DNA of 32,000 nucleotides from Psychrobacter sp. HD31 (GTDB lineage Bacteria; Pseudomonadota; Gammaproteobacteria; Pseudomonadales; Moraxellaceae): NCBI RefSeq assembly GCF_051097895.1, contig NZ_CP142525.1, positions 2,130,001 to 2,162,000 of the forward strand, read 5' to 3'. Shown piece by piece: positions 28,164 to 32,000 of this stretch (position 1 is its first letter; each line of letters starts with the position of its first letter). The notes under the pieces were generated by a model. It saw only the letters and a program-made list of their open reading frames with translations, ran no database searches and was not told where the DNA came from. The position numbers and the translations under genes were made by a program.

Positions 28164-28685
28164 ATGGAACAAGTAAAATCTCAACCAAGCTTTGCAAGAT
28201 GGTGGCGCCAAGTTTGCTTTGTACCCATGTTGCATGGCAAATGGGTAACGGCTGAGTTTAAACAAAGAATAACTCAAAAAGTAACAGAATCCGAACAAGG
28301 GCACTGTGGCGAGGTTTATTTTATTATTGAAAATAATATACCAGTTACCAGTGCCTATCGTGTAAATTGCCGTGAGCGAGCCATTAACTTATTTGGTGAG
28401 CATAGAGTTTGGGATACTGAAGAAAACACAGGTGTTTTGGTATATGTGAATGTTTGTGAACGAACGCTGGATATTGTTGCAGACCGGGGTATTAATGCAC
28501 ATGTTAGCCCCACCATGTGGAAGGCAATGTGTGATAAAGCCGTGGCAGGACTTGCAAAAGGAGATGTTGAGCAAAGTCTTAGTGAACTGCTTAATGAAAT
28601 AGGGCAGTTGTTGCGTCAATATTATCAATTAGAAGATGACCCTGAAGGCAACGAGTTGTCTGATACGGTTGTACATTTGCGTTAA
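28164..28685 (+). CDS. TPM-domain protein (second, soluble, no evident signal peptide)
   Basis: 173 aa. GEVYFIIENNIPV...NTGVLVYVNVCERTLDIVADRGINAHV resembles the TPM phosphatase-like fold pattern. It lies immediately downstream of the YgcG-like gene. Confidence 0.75.
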   Translation: MEQVKSQPSFARWWRQVCFVPMLHGKWVTAEFKQRITQKVTESEQGHCGEVYFIIENNIPVTSAYRVNCRERAINLFGEHRVWDTEENTGVLVYVNVCERTLDIVADRGINAHVSPTMWKAMCDKAVAGLAKGDVEQSLSELLNEIGQLLRQYYQLEDDPEGNELSDTVVHLR

Positions 28686-28724
28686 ATTCAATATCCCAAA
28701 AGTCTAAAAAAATTTTTTATAATC

Positions 28725-28761
28725 AAAAAAGCACTTATCTTTAAAAGATAGGTGCTTTTTT
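28725..28761 (+). terminator. Rho-independent terminator after the lemA-TPM-TPM operon
   Basis: aaaaaagcacttatct-ttaaa-agataggtgcttttttg: a 10-bp stem with one G-U pair followed by T6. Confidence 0.8.
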
Positions 28762-28819
28762 GTAGTTGCTATTAGCGTTATACTTAAATTTTGTTAATAA
28801 AATAGATTTAAGGTTTGGT

Positions 28820-29197
28820 ATGCAACTAAATGGTGTTTGGTGGCTTGTGATTTTGTTGGTGGTGATGATGTTATTGTATATTTTTGCAAAATATCGACAA
28901 GGCTCACAAACCGATATAAAAAGTACAAACAAAAAGGCAGCATCAAAATCCAATAAGCCATTAACTAAACTGCATCATACTTTAAAAAATAACGATACAG
29001 ATTTTAATTACTACTTAAGAGAAAACCATATTTTGGTTAGTCAAACTAAAAATAGTGTTCAACAAAAAGTGGCAATGATTACTTTAGATAAAAACAAGGC
29101 ATCTGAAATAAGAAAGCTGGGCGAGGTGAGTGTGCTAAATTTTGATAAGCAACCAAGTGTTGAGCGTGTAAAAGAAATGCTTAACGCATTGGTTTAA
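28820..29197 (+). CDS. Hypothetical small membrane-anchored protein
   Basis: The track ORF starts at 28766, only 5 nt past the terminator T-run (its antisense counterpart 28741-28953 overlaps the hairpin). The in-frame ATG at 28820 gives 125 aa with one N-terminal TM (MQLNGVWWLVILLVVMMLLYIFA), a Lys/Ser/Asn-rich linker and a small C-terminal domain. I recognise no family. Confidence 0.5.
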   Translation: MQLNGVWWLVILLVVMMLLYIFAKYRQGSQTDIKSTNKKAASKSNKPLTKLHHTLKNNDTDFNYYLRENHILVSQTKNSVQQKVAMITLDKNKASEIRKLGEVSVLNFDKQPSVERVKEMLNALV

Positions 29198-29229
29198 TTA
29201 TTAATTGATTTGTTGTTTTATTGATTAAA

Positions 29230-29306
29230 TGGTGTGCTCGGCGAGAATCGAACTCGCGACCTTCGGCTTCGGAGGCCGACACTCTATCCAACTGAGCTAC
29301 GAGCAC
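29230..29306 (-). tRNA. tRNA-Arg (anticodon CCG)
   Basis: The minus strand reads GTGCTCGTAGCTCAGTTGGATAGAGTGTCGGCCTCCGAAGCCGAAGGTCGCGAGTTCGATTCTCGCCGAGCACACCA. It has a 7-bp acceptor stem, D loop AGTTGGATA, anticodon loop CU-CCG-AA, T loop GTTCGATTC and an encoded CCA. Confidence 0.93.
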
Positions 29307-29445
29307 AAATTTGTGTAGTGGGTAAATAACTTTTTTGTTGGGTGAGTAGTCTAGCAAAAAAAATTATAAAATCAAATTAATTAAATTGTGTTACCCAAAT
29401 ATTTTGATATGTAATATAATACCAAGTTATCATTGAAATTAAAAA

Positions 29446-29463
29446 AATGAATGAACATTCATT
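29446..29463. promoter_or_regulatory. Perfect palindrome AATGAATG-aa-CATTCATT upstream of the RND efflux operon (candidate operator)
   Basis: 8-bp arms with a 2-nt spacer, ~68 nt upstream of the adaptor start and ~26 nt downstream of a consensus TATAAT hexamer at 29415-29420. The binding protein is unknown. Confidence 0.4.
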
Positions 29464-29530
29464 GATTTATTAAGTTGATATGTTTTCTAATAAATCGTGG
29501 ATGTATAAAAAAATAAGGTGCGTAACTATC

Positions 29531-30811
29531 ATGACAAAGGTTAAAAGCTTTTTAAACTTAGCAGGTTATGGTTTACTTGCTAGTACTGTGAGTATGGGGT
29601 TATTGACAGCATGTAACCAACAAAAAGAAGAAACAGTCGCCGCGGCAGAGCCATTAAAAGTGGTGTCATATTTGGTATTGGGACAAACACAGCCTAATAA
29701 TCAAATGAGTAAGGATGACAACGCCAATGCAACTAGTACAAACTTGCAAGCTCAACAGGCTGCGCCAGTCCGTAAGCTTTCTGGTCAAGTTGCCTCAGCA
29801 GAAACCACCAATTTAAGCTTTGAAGCCAGTGGTAAAGTTAAAAGAATGATGGTTAAACTGGGTGACAGGGTAAAAAGAGGGCAAGTTTTAGCAGTACTTG
29901 ACGACACCAACTATCAATTACAGCTGCACCAAGCACAAGCACAACTGCAAAAAGCAATTAGCCAACGTAACCAAGCTAAGGTGAATGTTGCCAGACGTAC
30001 CGAGCTGGTTAAAATAGGGGCTGTGTCACAAGCAGAAATTGACTCTGTTAACCTAGCATTCAGCACGGCTCAAGACTCGGTCGAGGTTGCAAAAGCCTCG
30101 GTTGCCTTGGCACAAAAACAAGCGGTAGATACCCAATTAAGGGCGCCGTTTTCAGGTGTGATTACTCAAAAAATTGCTGAGGTGGGGCAAATGGCCTCTC
30201 CTAGTGTCCCAATTTATACGATGGCAACGGATTCTGCACCAAAGGTTAAATTTACAATTCCAGAAAACCTATTAAATTCTGTATCAGTGGGTCAGCCATT
30301 GGCAGTTAACTTCCCGGCTTTACCCAATATTAAAGGTATGGGCGGTGTGGTAACCGAAGTTTCTAGCCAAGCGGTTGCGGGTGCTTTTCCTGTTACGCTT
30401 CAACTTAAAAAGGCAACAAGACGAATCAAACCTGGCATGACAGCAGAAGTTGCGTTGCCAGTAACGTTAACACCATTTAACCCTACTGACAGCACTACTC
30501 AAAATAGCACAGTAAACAAAGACTCTGGTAAACAGCTTGGTACCTCAGTATTTGCGGTGCCACCAAGTGCCGTTGCATCGGGCGATGGTCAAAATCGTTA
30601 TGTATTGCGGATTAAACAGCAAAAACAAAGCGCAAACACTGGGGTTGTAGAGCAAGTTTTTGTTCAAGTGGCAGACCTTGCCGGTGAAAACATGCTGATT
30701 AGAGGCAACCTGAATGCAGGTGACAAAATTGTAAGAGCGGGTACATCCATCCTTGCAGATAAACAAGAAGTCGAGCTTATGGGTACGGGTGCTCGCCGTG
30801 TTAACCCATAA
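29531..30811 (+). CDS. Efflux RND transporter periplasmic adaptor (membrane fusion protein, HlyD family)
   Basis: The track start at 29480 adds 17 residues. The ATG at 29531 (MTKVKSFLNLAGYGLLASTVSMGLLTAC, lipobox LTAC, AAGGTG ~10 nt upstream) is more plausible. The protein has a coiled-coil hairpin (QLQLHQAQAQLQKA...) and the barrel-sandwich motif LRAPFSGVITQK. Confidence 0.88.
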   Translation: MTKVKSFLNLAGYGLLASTVSMGLLTACNQQKEETVAAAEPLKVVSYLVLGQTQPNNQMSKDDNANATSTNLQAQQAAPVRKLSGQVASAETTNLSFEASGKVKRMMVKLGDRVKRGQVLAVLDDTNYQLQLHQAQAQLQKAISQRNQAKVNVARRTELVKIGAVSQAEIDSVNLAFSTAQDSVEVAKASVALAQKQAVDTQLRAPFSGVITQKIAEVGQMASPSVPIYTMATDSAPKVKFTIPENLLNSVSVGQPLAVNFPALPNIKGMGGVVTEVSSQAVAGAFPVTLQLKKATRRIKPGMTAEVALPVTLTPFNPTDSTTQNSTVNKDSGKQLGTSVFAVPPSAVASGDGQNRYVLRIKQQKQSANTGVVEQVFVQVADLAGENMLIRGNLNAGDKIVRAGTSILADKQEVELMGTGARRVNP

Positions 30812-30835
30812 TAGCGTAACCTAAGGAGTCGCATA

Positions 30836-32000
30836 ATGAACTTATCTCTTATTGGTTTTCGCTATGTCCGTGTGGTGATATCCATGTTGATTGTGATGAT
30901 GGTAGCGGGTGTTTATAGTTATTTTACTATGCCAGCAAACGAGGACCCAAGCATCACCATTCGCCAAGCATTGATTGTTACCAGAAATGAAGGGTTACCT
31001 GCGGATAAAGTTGAAACATTAGTCACCAAACCATTAGAACTTGCTGTGCGCAAACGTCCAGAAGTTAAAAAAATTAAATCCACTTCTATGTCGGGTCAAT
31101 CGATTCTTATTGTCGAAATATACGATAAATATTTTGAATTAGATCAAATTTGGGATGATGTGCGTGATGAAGTAGAGCAAGTTAGCTTGCCAAGTGGCAC
31201 AACCAAACCAAACCTGAATGATAGTTTTGGTGATGTTTCGGTCGTAACAGCGGCACTGGTAGCCGAAGATGGGCTAACCAATAGTGAAAAAACCGCATTA
31301 GCGCAAGATATACGCGACCAATTATATGGCGTGACCAACACGCAAAAAGTTAGCATTTTAGGTATCCAACCAGAAAAAATCTATATTGAAGTAGAAAACG
31401 CTAAAATAGCCGAGTTAGGCTACTCACCTAATGTGTTAGCAGGTTTAATTGCGCAGCAAAACACCATAAAATCAGGTGGTGAAATAGACATTAATGGCTC
31501 TACCTTGGTATTGCAACCAACGGGTCAATTTCAATCTGTGGAGGATATTCGCAACCTTTTATTACCCTTACCAAATGGTCAGGGTATGGTGACATTGGAT
31601 GACATTGCAGATGTTCGTCGTGATGTTTTTGACCCTGCTATCCAGCCGGTATTTTTTAATGGCAAATCGGCAATTATGTTTGCGATTAACATGGACCCTA
31701 AGGCAAATATTTTAGAATATACGCCTAGAGTTGAAGATAAAATAAACCAAATTAACCAAGGTTTGCCAGCTGGCGCCAAAATTGAGATAGCAACCAAACA
31801 AGCCGTACAAGTAGAAAAATCACTGTATGGTGTAACTTTAAATGTGCTGCAAACCCTTGTCATTGTGTTGGTAGTTGTGATGCTGTTTTTAGGCATGCGT
31901 ACGGGCTTGATTGTGGGGTCGGTCGTACCAGCGGTTATGCTGGTATCTATTACAATTATTAATGTGCTGGGGATGTCGCTTGAGCGTATGAGTCTTGCAA
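30836..32000 (+). CDS. Efflux RND transporter permease (AcrB/MdtB-like), 3'-partial
   Basis: It is absent from the ORF track because it has no stop within the window. I translated by hand from the ATG at 30836 (AAGGAG 7 nt upstream): MNLSLIGFRYVRVVISMLIVMMVAGVYSYFTMPANEDPSITIRQALIVT... through ...LVIVLVVVMLFLGMRTGLIVGSVVPAVMLVSI. This matches TM1, the periplasmic porter domain and TM2-3 of ACR_tran proteins, and the frame is open to the window end. Confidence 0.9.
   Translation, partial: MNLSLIGFRYVRVVISMLIVMMVAGVYSYFTMPANEDPSITIRQALIVTRNEGLPADKVETLVTKPLELAVRKRPEVKKIKSTSMSGQSILIVEIYDKYFELDQIWDDVRDEVEQVSLPSGTTKPNLNDSFGDVSVVTAALVAEDGLTNSEKTALAQDIRDQLYGVTNTQKVSILGIQPEKIYIEVENAKIAELGYSPNVLAGLIAQQNTIKSGGEIDINGSTLVLQPTGQFQSVEDIRNLLLPLPNGQGMVTLDDIADVRRDVFDPAIQPVFFNGKSAIMFAINMDPKANILEYTPRVEDKINQINQGLPAGAKIEIATKQAVQVEKSLYGVTLNVLQTLVIVLVVVMLFLGMRTGLIVGSVVPAVMLVSITIINVLGMSLERMSLA

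Noticed and set aside
27661-28197. 178-aa proline-rich minus-strand ORF (..PPPAPPPPKPPPPPPKPPEPKPPPP..), plus the plus-strand off-frame ORFs 27934-28131 and 27957-28163.
   Set aside because: These are mirror or off-frame readings of the GGN-rich tract that encodes the Gly-rich tail of the YgcG-like protein. They have no independent start context or domain.
28762-29400. Genomic island integrated at tRNA-Arg(CCG).
   Set aside because: There is no integrase or recombinase, no direct repeat of the tRNA 3' end that I could find, and the flanking genes (TPM operon, RND pump) look like ordinary chromosomal genes.

Overview
AT-rich Gram-negative chromosomal window. The proteins look gammaproteobacterial and Moraxellaceae-like, but I cannot verify that without a database search. 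Gene order: phoX (5'-truncated by the window edge), tatA-tatB-tatC, rlmD, mutS (minus strand), an MmcB-like PD-(D/E)XK nuclease divergent from mutS, secA, a ~9.8-kb trimeric autotransporter adhesin (TAA) locus, a TonB-dependent receptor (minus), an alanine/glycine:cation symporter (minus), a 602-bp AT-rich divergent intergenic region, a lemA-TPM-TPM operon, a small orphan membrane protein, tRNA-Arg(CCG) (minus), and an RND efflux adaptor plus a permease that runs off the 3' edge. The main finding is the adhesin. It reads as two ORFs (2274 aa and 993 aa) because 2 nt are missing in the second copy of a ~3.5-copy, almost perfectly identical 519-bp in-frame tandem repeat. Restoring 2 nt gives one ~3263-aa protein with an ESPR-type signal at the N-terminus and a YadA-type anchor at the C-terminus. 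Secondary points are the mutS-divergent nuclease, the function-unknown lemA/TPM/TPM envelope module, a long inverted repeat next to the symporter ribosome-binding site, and a perfect palindrome ahead of the RND operon. I found no CRISPR array, transposase, integrase or recognisable defence system. No similarity search or folding calculation was possible, so all family assignments rest on motifs read from the translations.
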